From the NCBI GenBank assembly GCA_963836075.1, contig CAWIIB010000009.1, positions 2,848,001-2,912,000 of the forward strand: a stretch of DNA of 64,000 nt. The letters run 5' to 3'. The stretch comes from an uncultured Acidobacteriota bacterium. Lineage in GTDB: Bacteria > Acidobacteriota > JAQAZP01. Below, in pieces: positions 38,018 to 47,148 of the stretch. The notes below the pieces were generated by a model that was not told the origin of the DNA, did no database searches, and was given only the letters and a program-made list of their open reading frames with translations. A program made the position numbers and the translations under genes. The first letter of the stretch is position 1; every line of letters starts with the position of its first letter.

Positions 38018-38737
38018 GTGGGTGTGCTCGGTGGAAAAGCGTTGCTGCTGCTGAAGTTCGTCATCCGCCGGCTGGTCCTCGTCAACAGGCAATTCCGTTT
38101 CCGCTGGCCCGACCCCATCATTCGCGATGCCGCACTTCCTGAAGGCGTGGTGTTTGCCCAGGTGACCCACGAAAATGTCGGGCTCATTCGGGAGTGGAAG
38201 GGGGCCCTGCTCGAACGACGGTTTCGGGTTCTGCTGAACCGCAAGCACCTGGGGATCTACGCGCTTTCGGACAACAGGGTTGTGGGTTTCCTCTGGCTGG
38301 CGATCAACCTTGGTTCCACTCCCGCCTGCTTTCAGTATGATCTGATCGACGTTGGCGAGGCGATCTCGGCCAGGTCCGAAACACGTCCGGAATTCCGTCG
38401 AATGAGAATCGCGTTTCATGTGCACGCCGAGATGCTCGAACTGGTGCGCAGGATCCATGGCGGCCAGGTGACGAGGATCTGGGGGGTCACACCCACCAAC
38501 AACCGGGAGATGCAGGATCTGGCCCACACCCTCAATTGTGTTCGCGTTCAGGAGCAGCAGGTGGTGGCTTTTCTCGGCCTGCTGTTCATCAACCGCATCT
38601 GGGATCTGGTGCCCGATACGACCCGGCGATCCGGCAGCGGCCGAATCGTGGTCCGCTGGCGTGTGCCGGACCTCCTCTACACGCCATGGGTCATTCGGTT
38701 GTGGCGGGGGCCCCGGGCGCGCGCACTCCGAAAATAG
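38018..38737 (+). CDS. GNAT-like protein (distant paralog of 37084-37797)
   Basis: RBS AGGAGG then GTG 38018; RRFRVLLNR, ETRPEFRRMRIA, N..M similar to the divergent neighbour. Confidence 0.6.
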   Translation: MGVLGGKALLLLKFVIRRLVLVNRQFRFRWPDPIIRDAALPEGVVFAQVTHENVGLIREWKGALLERRFRVLLNRKHLGIYALSDNRVVGFLWLAINLGSTPACFQYDLIDVGEAISARSETRPEFRRMRIAFHVHAEMLELVRRIHGGQVTRIWGVTPTNNREMQDLAHTLNCVRVQEQQVVAFLGLLFINRIWDLVPDTTRRSGSGRIVVRWRVPDLLYTPWVIRLWRGPRARALRK

Positions 38738-40976
38738 TTCCGTAGCGTTTCAGATTGAGTTGCTCCGCGAATGCCTGAACCTTGGTAATCGTGCTGCTCG
38801 ACCTTCTCGTGTCATCGAGGCAGTCGCCGTCGAGAAAAAGCGTGGGGTAGCCGCTGTTTCGGATCTGGTGCTGGATACTCTCGCTGGCCAGGGGACAGTG
38901 GCCGAAGAAATGGGCAAAAAGGATGATGCCGTCCACCCGGTAGGTTTTCGCCATCTCCATGATGTAGGACATCCTGCTGTTGATGTGATTGATCGGCTGG
39001 ACGATTCTCCGGGCGATGCTCTCGTAGGGCTGGTCCGGATCCAGTATCGGCCAGTGGATATGGTTCAGTTCTTCAGCGACGATGGCGCAGCCCATCTCAC
39101 CTTCCAGGGCCTGGAAAATCGACGGGTCATTGTAGTCCCAGAGATAGAGCCAGAGGATCCTGTGCTTCTCTCCCAGGCTGAACAGCGGCGATTCGCCGGG
39201 TGCTAAGCGACGTGCCCGTTCGGCCAGTTCCTCATAATATGCTTTTGTGACCTCGACGAATTCGCGGCTGCCCCATCCCGTGGAATAGAGCATGGCCCGT
39301 TTCAGCAGTTCAGACCCAAGGGCCAGGGCCGGATTCCCGGCCCGCAGCTCTTCGGTCAGGATGTGGTAGCGGCGAGCCCGGTTGGTGTTCTCGATGATTT
39401 CGCGCAACTTATCCGGATCGTGCCGGACACCCAGTGTCTCCTCGATCCGGGTTACGGCCTGCCGGAGCTGGAGGGCCAAAAAATCGATCCCGGCCTGGTT
39501 GTCGAAGGTGAACGTGGGAAGGTCCAGGGTGCAGACCTGCCTCTCGGTGTCGATGCCGAACTGCTCGTGCGCGCGGTCGATAACCCGCAGCATGTGCTGA
39601 CGGTAGTAGTCGCAGCTTCCGCTGGTATGGAAGATGAAATCGGGCCTGGGCGTCCGTTCGAGCCGTCCCAGCACCGACGAGAGTATGGTGCAGGTGGCCC
39701 GGTCCACACCCTCTTCTCTCGATGCGGTCAGCAGGTTTTCCTGCGCCATTTTCTGATCGATTGCCGCCAGAATGGGCAGGGCCAGGGGAACGATGTCGAA
39801 GAGATGGCAGATTTCGCTGGGGAAGAGGGTGCCGCTCCAGGCAACTTTCGGCCTCGACGGCCCTGTCCGTGCGGCGAGACCCAGCTGCTTCTTGAGCGAC
39901 TCCTTGCGCCGTCTGTCGCTGGTGAGCGGCGGGCACAACCTCCGCCCGGTCTCCCGTGCCGCATCGCCGATCTCCATGCTTTCCCTGGCCAGCAGGGCTG
40001 CGCCGAGCGCACCCATCAGGTGCGAGACGGGCCTGAGTTGACCCGTTTCGTCGCGGTACTCCTGGAGCTCGGGGACGACCAGCAGTGGTGCCGAGTTTCC
40101 GGGAAGGTTCCTGCTTTTCTTCAGCAGGTGGTCCAGGCCCAGCCGGACACCGGAATTGAACGAGACACCGCCCTGGAACGATATCCTGCCGCGGTAGTCC
40201 CGCAGAGCGGGCATCACTGTGTTGTAGATCTGTTTGGCCTGGGCCCAGCAAATTGCTGCCGTCCGTTCGGGAAGGGTCAGCGATCCTTTTTTCTTCACAT
40301 AGGAGGACTTGGTGAAAACCGTACAGGTCGACGAAAAAACTTCCAGCGGCATCGGTGATTCGTTGCTGAGGGAGGCGATATACCGCTCGATATACTTCCC
40401 GCCGATATCACCGAACTCCGAGACGCTCATCTGTTCCACCCGGGCTATTTCCTCCAGATACGCCCCGGTGCCGGCGGCGCAGAGCCCGCTCATCTGGAAA
40501 TCGATCGGGCTGGATAGCCGGATGACCTTCGAGTCCTGGCCGCCCACATCGATGATCGCCTGAACGCCATCGGTATTGGAGGCTTCCTGCATTCCCCGCG
40601 AGTGGGCGCTGATTTCGCTGACCAGCCGGTCCAGGGGAACGGAAAAGGGAATGCCCTTGTGGACCTGGTTCCCGGTGGCGATGAAACAGTCGATCTTCAC
40701 CCCGAACGTCCCGCTGCAGGAGGAGACGAACTCTTCGGTCCGCTCCACGATGAAGTTCGAGTTGCAGGGGTTCCTGCAGTCTCCACAGGATTGGATGCAG
40801 TGGTTGCCGGTGGTCCGTTCCGGACTGTCTTCCGCCTCGCTGACCGGGCAATAGCGGGAATCCAGTATCTTTCCGGCATTGTCGATCAACACCAGGACGA
40901 GACTCACCGCCCCCACATCCAGACCGAGGTAGGCTGGGGGCTTTTTGTCCGTGCATTGCTCGGCTGAAGTCATCAT
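38691..40976 (-). CDS. Fused ASKHA ATPase activator (HgdC/BadF-like) and 2-hydroxyacyl-CoA dehydratase subunit
   Basis: LGLDVG, SEISAH, IDVGGQDSK, CAAGTGAYLE, SSTCTVF, QGGVSFN, MGALGAAL; then a dehydratase domain with three Cys (ATC, SCD, GHC), VDGII and LDGD. Confidence 0.85.
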   Translation of the reverse strand: MMTSAEQCTDKKPPAYLGLDVGAVSLVLVLIDNAGKILDSRYCPVSEAEDSPERTTGNHCIQSCGDCRNPCNSNFIVERTEEFVSSCSGTFGVKIDCFIATGNQVHKGIPFSVPLDRLVSEISAHSRGMQEASNTDGVQAIIDVGGQDSKVIRLSSPIDFQMSGLCAAGTGAYLEEIARVEQMSVSEFGDIGGKYIERYIASLSNESPMPLEVFSSTCTVFTKSSYVKKKGSLTLPERTAAICWAQAKQIYNTVMPALRDYRGRISFQGGVSFNSGVRLGLDHLLKKSRNLPGNSAPLLVVPELQEYRDETGQLRPVSHLMGALGAALLARESMEIGDAARETGRRLCPPLTSDRRRKESLKKQLGLAARTGPSRPKVAWSGTLFPSEICHLFDIVPLALPILAAIDQKMAQENLLTASREEGVDRATCTILSSVLGRLERTPRPDFIFHTSGSCDYYRQHMLRVIDRAHEQFGIDTERQVCTLDLPTFTFDNQAGIDFLALQLRQAVTRIEETLGVRHDPDKLREIIENTNRARRYHILTEELRAGNPALALGSELLKRAMLYSTGWGSREFVEVTKAYYEELAERARRLAPGESPLFSLGEKHRILWLYLWDYNDPSIFQALEGEMGCAIVAEELNHIHWPILDPDQPYESIARRIVQPINHINSRMSYIMEMAKTYRVDGIILFAHFFGHCPLASESIQHQIRNSGYPTLFLDGDCLDDTRRSSSTITKVQAFAEQLNLKRYGTIFGVRAPGAPATTE

Positions 40977-40977
40977 G

Positions 40978-42912
40978 CTACCCCTGATCGAGCCGGCTTG
41001 CGGGAGTGACCGGCCCGGGAGATGAGCGTTCCAGGGTGTGCAACTCGCGGATCAGGTCCAGCAGTTCGGATCTGGCCGTACGGAAAGTGGCCGGTGTGAT
41101 GACCCGGTCGATGCGCTGGCCGCCGGGAGCCAGATCCATGAACGGGGCGAGAATCGACTGCAGGCGAGCGGCCATCTTTCGGCTCACTTCCGGGTGGCTC
41201 TTTTTCAGTTCGATCAGCAGGTTTTCGGCCAGCGTGCAGTAGCGCAGGTCGTTCACCCCTTCGCGCACCGCCTCCCACCAGTAGGTGGGCACCATCCCGT
41301 CCTTGCCGGGGTAGGCGATCACCGGGTCCTGGCCGTCCTCATCGGTGAAGGGCGTTCCCCGGGGGCGGAAATAGGTCCAGGCCGCCGCGCCGTCCAGACG
41401 GCTGTTGAAGAGGTAGAAGCCGAAGAGCAGCCGGCCATAGAATGGTGACTTGAAGGAGCCCAGCGGGAAGTAGTAACACTCGATCCAGTCATGTTTGGAC
41501 TGCGGTGTTCGGCCGTCCCGTGTGCGGCCCCCGGCGACGTCATCCTGTAGCGTACCGATGTAATCGAACAGCTCCTGGTTACGTGACGAGGGCCGCTTTC
41601 CGGCGGGCGCGCTGCCCCGCGACCCCCTGTCCCTCCGCGTCCGCTCCTCGCGGTCTCCGCGCGGTGCCCCCTTTGCCGTGCTGCGCTCCTCGCGATCACC
41701 GCCGGCCCGGCCGATGGACTGCAGGCCCAGTCCGTAGTTTGCCCAGTCCAGAGGCTCGAAGGCCCCCGGCAGGCCGTAGTCGGCCAGGGTGGTGTAGAGG
41801 TCGCTGTCGCGCCGGGCCAGTTCCGTGGCCAGCGGGTAGGGCAGGGATGTGGTGACCCGCCCGCCCAGGGCATGGATTCTGGCGGACAGCTTCACATGAT
41901 CGGCCATCCGGGACCAGGGTCGGCCGGTACGGCGCGACTTGGGCTGCGGCTCGTCCACCCCGTAGAAATACTGTTGCAGGTCTCCGGCATTCAGACCGGC
42001 CTCCGGCCTGGACCGCGGTTCGTCCATCTGGACCAGGTGCGTGAATCCCAGCTCCTGGAGCAGGCCCACGGCCTTGTCTCGCGCCTTTCCACTGAGCACC
42101 CCGGTGAGGCGGGTGGCGGTCATGCCGTGGGCCGCCTGGTCCCGCATGGCCTCTTCGAAGCGGGTGGCGGAGGGGGAGGCGAAGTCGTTGGCCACCCTCA
42201 GGATCTTGCCGTGGGGGGGGAGGGCGAAGGGCAGGACCTCCACCAGCAGCGGGATGGTGAGATCCAGCCCGGGGGTGTCGGCCGCGATGGTGACCGAGGC
42301 CTGGTAGCTGCCCGGTGCGAGTTCCGCCGGAACGGTCACCCTGAGCAGCAGGTATTTGACCTCTCCGGGACCCAGGGTCGCCGTGACCAGGTCACCGGAC
42401 AGCTGCGAGGCCAGCCGGCCCGCGGTTGCCGTTGTGATCCGGCGGTCGAACTTCGGTTCGTCGGAAAGCAGGATGTCGGGGTAGGCGGAGCTGAGCGCGG
42501 CCAGCTGCCGTGACCCGAGCAGTGTGCCCATGTAGCGGTTGTTGCGGGGAAGCCCGCGGATGAGGTAGACCTCGACCAGTTCCAGGGTCTGGCCGCCGGG
42601 CCCCGTGGCGCTGCCGGCACGAGCGGTGATCGTCCGCAGCTCGGTGACGCCGTGGATCCCCACCACCGCCACGGTGGTGGTTTCCCCCGGCGCGGCGGCG
42701 GCACGGATCGTCTCCGGAAAGCCGGGGGCCGCGCTGGCGGAGAGTGGGCCGCCGGCGGGCAGGTCGATGGAAAAGGGCTCGACGGAGCGCAGGGTCAGCG
42801 TTTCGGCCCCTGCGGCCCAGGGGCACGAGACGAGCAGCAGCAGCGCCAGAACAGCGGGAAGAACCCGGTGGCCTGCTGAGGGCCGACTGTGGTGGTCTGT
42901 CCCGATCATCAT
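40978..42912 (-). CDS. Secreted GH123/DUF4091-like putative glycoside hydrolase
   Basis: Signal peptide, beta-sandwich N-domain (AAPGE, VTVP....PGSY), GVDEP, and WEAVREGVNDLRY typical of DUF4091. Confidence 0.6.
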   Translation of the reverse strand: MMIGTDHHSRPSAGHRVLPAVLALLLLVSCPWAAGAETLTLRSVEPFSIDLPAGGPLSASAAPGFPETIRAAAAPGETTTVAVVGIHGVTELRTITARAGSATGPGGQTLELVEVYLIRGLPRNNRYMGTLLGSRQLAALSSAYPDILLSDEPKFDRRITTATAGRLASQLSGDLVTATLGPGEVKYLLLRVTVPAELAPGSYQASVTIAADTPGLDLTIPLLVEVLPFALPPHGKILRVANDFASPSATRFEEAMRDQAAHGMTATRLTGVLSGKARDKAVGLLQELGFTHLVQMDEPRSRPEAGLNAGDLQQYFYGVDEPQPKSRRTGRPWSRMADHVKLSARIHALGGRVTTSLPYPLATELARRDSDLYTTLADYGLPGAFEPLDWANYGLGLQSIGRAGGDREERSTAKGAPRGDREERTRRDRGSRGSAPAGKRPSSRNQELFDYIGTLQDDVAGGRTRDGRTPQSKHDWIECYYFPLGSFKSPFYGRLLFGFYLFNSRLDGAAAWTYFRPRGTPFTDEDGQDPVIAYPGKDGMVPTYWWEAVREGVNDLRYCTLAENLLIELKKSHPEVSRKMAARLQSILAPFMDLAPGGQRIDRVITPATFRTARSELLDLIRELHTLERSSPGPVTPASRLDQG

Positions 42913-42923
42913 CCGAGATCTCG

Positions 42924-44323
42924 TTAGAGATACCCGAGCCCCTTGAGCCGTTCCTCGATCAGCGCGGTGAACTCCGTTTCCTGACCGGTTCTGGTGGACT
43001 CGATGGCGGCAACCCATCCGTCGAGCTTGCCCTGCAGGTTTTCGGCCAATTGGGGCTGGGCATCCACGATGTTGTTCAACTCGCCCGGGTCTTCATTGAG
43101 ATCGTAGAGTTCGTTATTGCCGTCCGAGCCCCAGATATATTTGTGGTCGCGGGTACGCAGGGCCCGCAGCTGGCGTTCGAAACGGGTGCGGTCGAAGTTG
43201 GGGAACAGCCTGGCGATGCGCCGGATGTTCGGCGCCAGTTCTTCGGAGATGGTGAACTGCAGGGGGTGCTCGGCGATCTGGTCCGGCAGCAGGCAGCGTC
43301 CCCGGATGTCTCCGGCCAGGCCGTTTCTCGAGGCGCCGGTGACGTCGAGGATGGTGGTGAACAGTTCGTTGCTCTGGACCAGTTCATCCGTCCGTACCCC
43401 GGCTTGGCCGGCGCTGGTGGGATACTTGATGACCAGCGGCACGTGGATCAGGGTGTCGTACAGACAGGTACCTGGTGCGCCATCATGCCGTAATCGCCGA
43501 GGTTCTCCCCGTGGTCCGAGGTAATGATCACCATCGTGTTGTCCATCGATGCGTAGTGGTCCACCACCTTGAGCAGCTCGCCGATCTTTTCGTCCATGTA
43601 GGCGATCTCGCCGTCGTAGCGGCCGGCCAGCAGCTCCAGGTCCTCTTCGCTCATTTTCTGTTCGCCGACGATGTAGCGGTGGGGGTCCTGGTTGACCTTC
43701 ATCGCCGCTGCGGTGCGGTCACCGAGAAAGCGCCGGGTCTGCTCGTGCTCGTAGTGCGGGAGATGCGGATCGCCGAGCAGGGCGAAGAGGAAGAAGGGCT
43801 TGTCCTTGCGATACTGGCCCCGGAACCACTGGTCGATCCATTTCACGGTGCTGCGGCTCAGCCGGCCGTTGCGCACGGCGTAGAGCTTCTCGTAGGCCTT
43901 GACCGCCGTGGCTCCCAGCTTGGTCATCCGGGACAGCCGTTCCATGAACGGATTGCGCAGCCAGTAGGTGTCGTAGCCCCGGTCGAACCCGAAGTCCCGG
44001 GCCAGCCAGGCGTTGTTGGGAAAGCCCACGGTCTGGTAGCCTTCGTCACTCATCACCTGGCCGATGGGCCGCAGCTCGTCGCTGAGCAGCGGGTTGTCGA
44101 AGGTGGTGCCGTGCTGGGAGACATGAAGCCCGGTGAACATGGAGGCGTGGGATGGCAGGGTCCAGCAGGCGGTGGAAAAGCAGTTCTCGTACAGCACGCC
44201 CTTCTCAGCCAGCCCCTCCAGAGTAGGGGTTGTCGGACGGGAATACCCGTAACAGGACAGGTGGTCCTGTCTGGTGGCATCCATGGAAATGAACACGACA
44301 TTCGGTCGGATGGTTGTAGGCAT
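42924..44323 (-). CDS. Sulfatase-like alkaline-phosphatase-superfamily protein, split by a frameshift at ~43465-43474
   Basis: PNVVFISMDATRQDHLSCYGY, WTLPSHASMFTG, PHLP, YDGEIAYMD, TSDHGE; continues LYDTLIHVPLVIKYP...ELYDL..DPGE...EERLKGLGYL. Confidence 0.85.
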
Positions 44324-44336
44324 CGTCACTCCTGGT

Positions 44337-44990
44337 TCAATCAAACCATCGCAAAACCTGGTACGCTTCCGCGAAGGCCAGGCCCGCTTCCATTCCACGC
44401 TGGTGGGCCTTGATCTCGATGGCGCCCTCGGAATAGGGGTGGGGGAACTGCCGGGCTTCGTTGACGTAGCAACTGAAGGCTTTCTTCTTTATCTCGATGG
44501 TGCGGGTCACGTCGACATAGAAGTTGGCCCGGAAATTGTCCGCATGGAACTCAGCGTTGTTGATCACTTCGCAAGCCAGCACCCGGGTGCGGCGGATGAC
44601 CGGACGGGCATAGAGCAGGGCCATCTCGTGGATCACCCGGTGGTCGCGATTGAGGTCCTGGCCGCTGTGGGTCAGGATCAGTTCCGGGTCGAGGCCCAGC
44701 GCTTCAAGTTCGCCGGTGATCTCCATGGTGCGGTAACTCTCGAACCGCTGCTCCTCCATCTCCAGGAAATGCACCTCGTGGATGCCCAGCACGGTGGCCG
44801 CCGCCTCGGTATGGGCCCGGTTGTCCACATCCTGCCCCTTGCGCTGGAAACGGGCGCAGGAGCCGATGACCAGCACCACCCGGTACCCCCGCTCCACAAG
44901 CAGCGGGATATATCCGCCGCAGCCCACCGATTCGTCGTCGCCATGGGCGACAAAAACAAGTGCCTGTCTGGTATTGGTCGCTGTTGTCAC
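44337..44990 (-). CDS. PIG-L/LmbE-family N-deacetylase
   Basis: AHGDDESVGCGG, THSGQDLNRDH, AEAY; resembles sugar-cluster LmbE proteins. Confidence 0.88.
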   Translation of the reverse strand: MTTATNTRQALVFVAHGDDESVGCGGYIPLLVERGYRVVLVIGSCARFQRKGQDVDNRAHTEAAATVLGIHEVHFLEMEEQRFESYRTMEITGELEALGLDPELILTHSGQDLNRDHRVIHEMALLYARPVIRRTRVLACEVINNAEFHADNFRANFYVDVTRTIEIKKKAFSCYVNEARQFPHPYSEGAIEIKAHQRGMEAGLAFAEAYQVLRWFD

Positions 44991-45005
44991 TCTTCTACTC
45001 CCCAA

Positions 45006-45895
45006 TCATGAAACCCGTGCCATGTCGATGATGCTTTCCGATCGCTGGGCGAAGTCCCTGGTCAGGGGTACGGCCTTGGCGATGCTCAGCAGGCCGCGGG
45101 AGGCCGGGTTGAGCAGCAGTGTGCGGGCCAGCGGCCGGAGCACCACCCGCAGCTGCAGAAGCCGCTTGTCGTAGCCGGCGTACCGTTTGTAGCGGTCCAG
45201 GCCCTTGAGGTCGAGGATCGACTCGAACCCCCCCGAGACAAGCATAATATCATCCCGGCGGATCATCTCCCGGATCGCGGTGAACTGCAGCGCGTGATTG
45301 GCGTTGCTTTTCATCAGCGATGTTCGCGACATCTCGTAGAGCAGGTGGACGGTGCCGTCGGTGATGAAATAGATGAAGAAGGCGGCCAGCTGCCCCTCGA
45401 CGAACGAGCCCCAGGCGCCGGCGCCGGGAGTGCTTTGGCCGGCGTCGCAGAACCGCCGCCACAGTTTCTCGTCCTGGAAGTGGGGGTCGGTCCGCTTCTG
45501 CCGGCCCAGCGTGTCATTGTTCAGTTCGAGGCCCTGGTCCCGCAGCAGGTCGAAGTCGATCTCCCGGACCTCGCAGTTCTTCAGACCCTTTCGCACGTAA
45601 GGGCGCTGCTTGATGTGCAGGCTGGGCAGGTCGTATTCCTTGTCCTCGACCACGTACAGCGCCCCGGCCTTGCCCCGGTCCCCCCGGGTGGTGGAGAACT
45701 TGAGCCCCAGTACCCGGTGCTCGCGGAAGATTTCGGCCAGCTCGTCCTGCAGGGCATCCTCGTCCTGATCGAGCATCAGGTCGGGGGGATACTGAGATAG
45801 ACGCTGCGGCTGGCCTCGTACCAGTAACTGTTCCGCGAGCGGATGACTTTGTACCCCGCCTGGCGCAGGAACTCTGCCATGTGATCGGCGTTCAC
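45006..45895 (-). CDS. FemAB/GNAT-like acyl/aminoacyl transferase, split at a C-homopolymer (~45783-45788)
   Basis: GTG 45895 (NADHMAEFL...YLSIPP) joins DLMLDQ...RPYVRKGLKNCEV...ANHALQF...GLDRYKRYAGY if one C is added. Confidence 0.7.
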
Positions 45896-47119
45896 GATAT
45901 CCTCTTCTCGCTCTCCGGGACCGGTGCCAGCCTGGCGTCCCAGTCCACATCCGGCCTGCTGCGGTGGAGCAGCTCCCGGTACCATGTATCAGTACCGGAT
46001 GAAATAGCTTCGTTCGTCGAACTTTTCTTCCACCGTGGCGCGGGCCTGCCGCCCCAGCTTCCGGGCCAGATCCTCGTCCAGCAGGATCCGTTCGATGCCG
46101 TCGGCCAGGGGCACGGGGGACTTCACCGGCACCAGCAGCCCGTTGACCTCGTGCTCCACGGTTTCCCGGGTGCCACGCACATCGGTGCCCACCACCGGCT
46201 TGCCCATGGCGAAGGCCTCCATCACGTTGCGGGGTATCCCCTCGGCCCAGGTGGGCGAGACCAGCAGGTCCATGGTGCTGATCAGCTCGGGGATGTCGCT
46301 GCGGGTCCCCAGAAAGAGCAGCTTCCCCTCCAGGCCGAACTCCTTGATCAGGGCTTCGGGGTCGATCCCGCCCTTGGCCGGCGAGGCGGCGCCGATGGAG
46401 AGGAACGTCACCTTGTGGCCGCGGTCCTTGATCAGCATCCGCGCCGCTTCGAAATACTCGTGGAAGCCTTTCTCCACCACCAGCCGGCCTATCATTCCCG
46501 CCACTTTGTGATCCGGCGGGATGCCCAGCTCCTTCCTCTTGGCCGCCACCTGTTCCGCGGTGAACTTCTCCGGGTGGAAACGGCTGATGTCGATTCCGTT
46601 GCCCAGGAAGCGCAGTTTCTCCTCGGTGCAGATGCGGCGGTCCAGACAGGTCTGCAGGTCCTCGCGGTTCTGGCTCAGCACCAGCTGGCAGAAACGGGCG
46701 GCAAAGCGTTCGATCCAGACGTAGAAGGCCACGGCACTGGGCCGCATTTCGTCATGAAAATGAAAGCCGTGAATGGTGTAGAGGATCGCCGGCACTCCGG
46801 CGATCCGGGCGGCCATTCGGCCCAGCAGGCCCGGTTTGATGCAGTGGGTGTGAACGATGTGGAACCGTTCCTTCCGGAAATAGCGGACCAGCCTGATCAG
46901 CGTCATCAGGTCGCTCAGCGGCGTGATCCGGGAAGGGAAGGGGATCGCCTTGACGAAGAGGCCGTCCTCGTTGACGCAGTCCTCCTTGATGTATTCCCCC
47001 GGATTGCTGATGATCGAGGCGTCGTATCCCTGCTCCCTGAGATAGAGCATCTGGTTGCGCATGTGGATACGGATACCCAGATCGAAGTTGGTCAGATTGA
47101 CGACTTTAACCTTCTCCAT
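45892..47119 (-). CDS. GT4-family glycosyltransferase, frameshift near the C-terminus (~45995)
   Basis: HTH..KPGLLGR.AA, GNGID, GRLV.EKG, EGIPRNVMEA.AMGKPVV. Removing one base gives ...FIRTDTWYRELL...RIS* with a GTGA overlap onto the next gene. Confidence 0.88.
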
Positions 47120-47148
47120 CGTACACCCTGTCCGCCAGCCCTCTTGCG

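Noticed and set aside
45783-45788. G6 tract as a phase-variation switch
   Set aside because: Too short for typical slipped-strand switching; a homopolymer sequencing error is more likely given the other indels.
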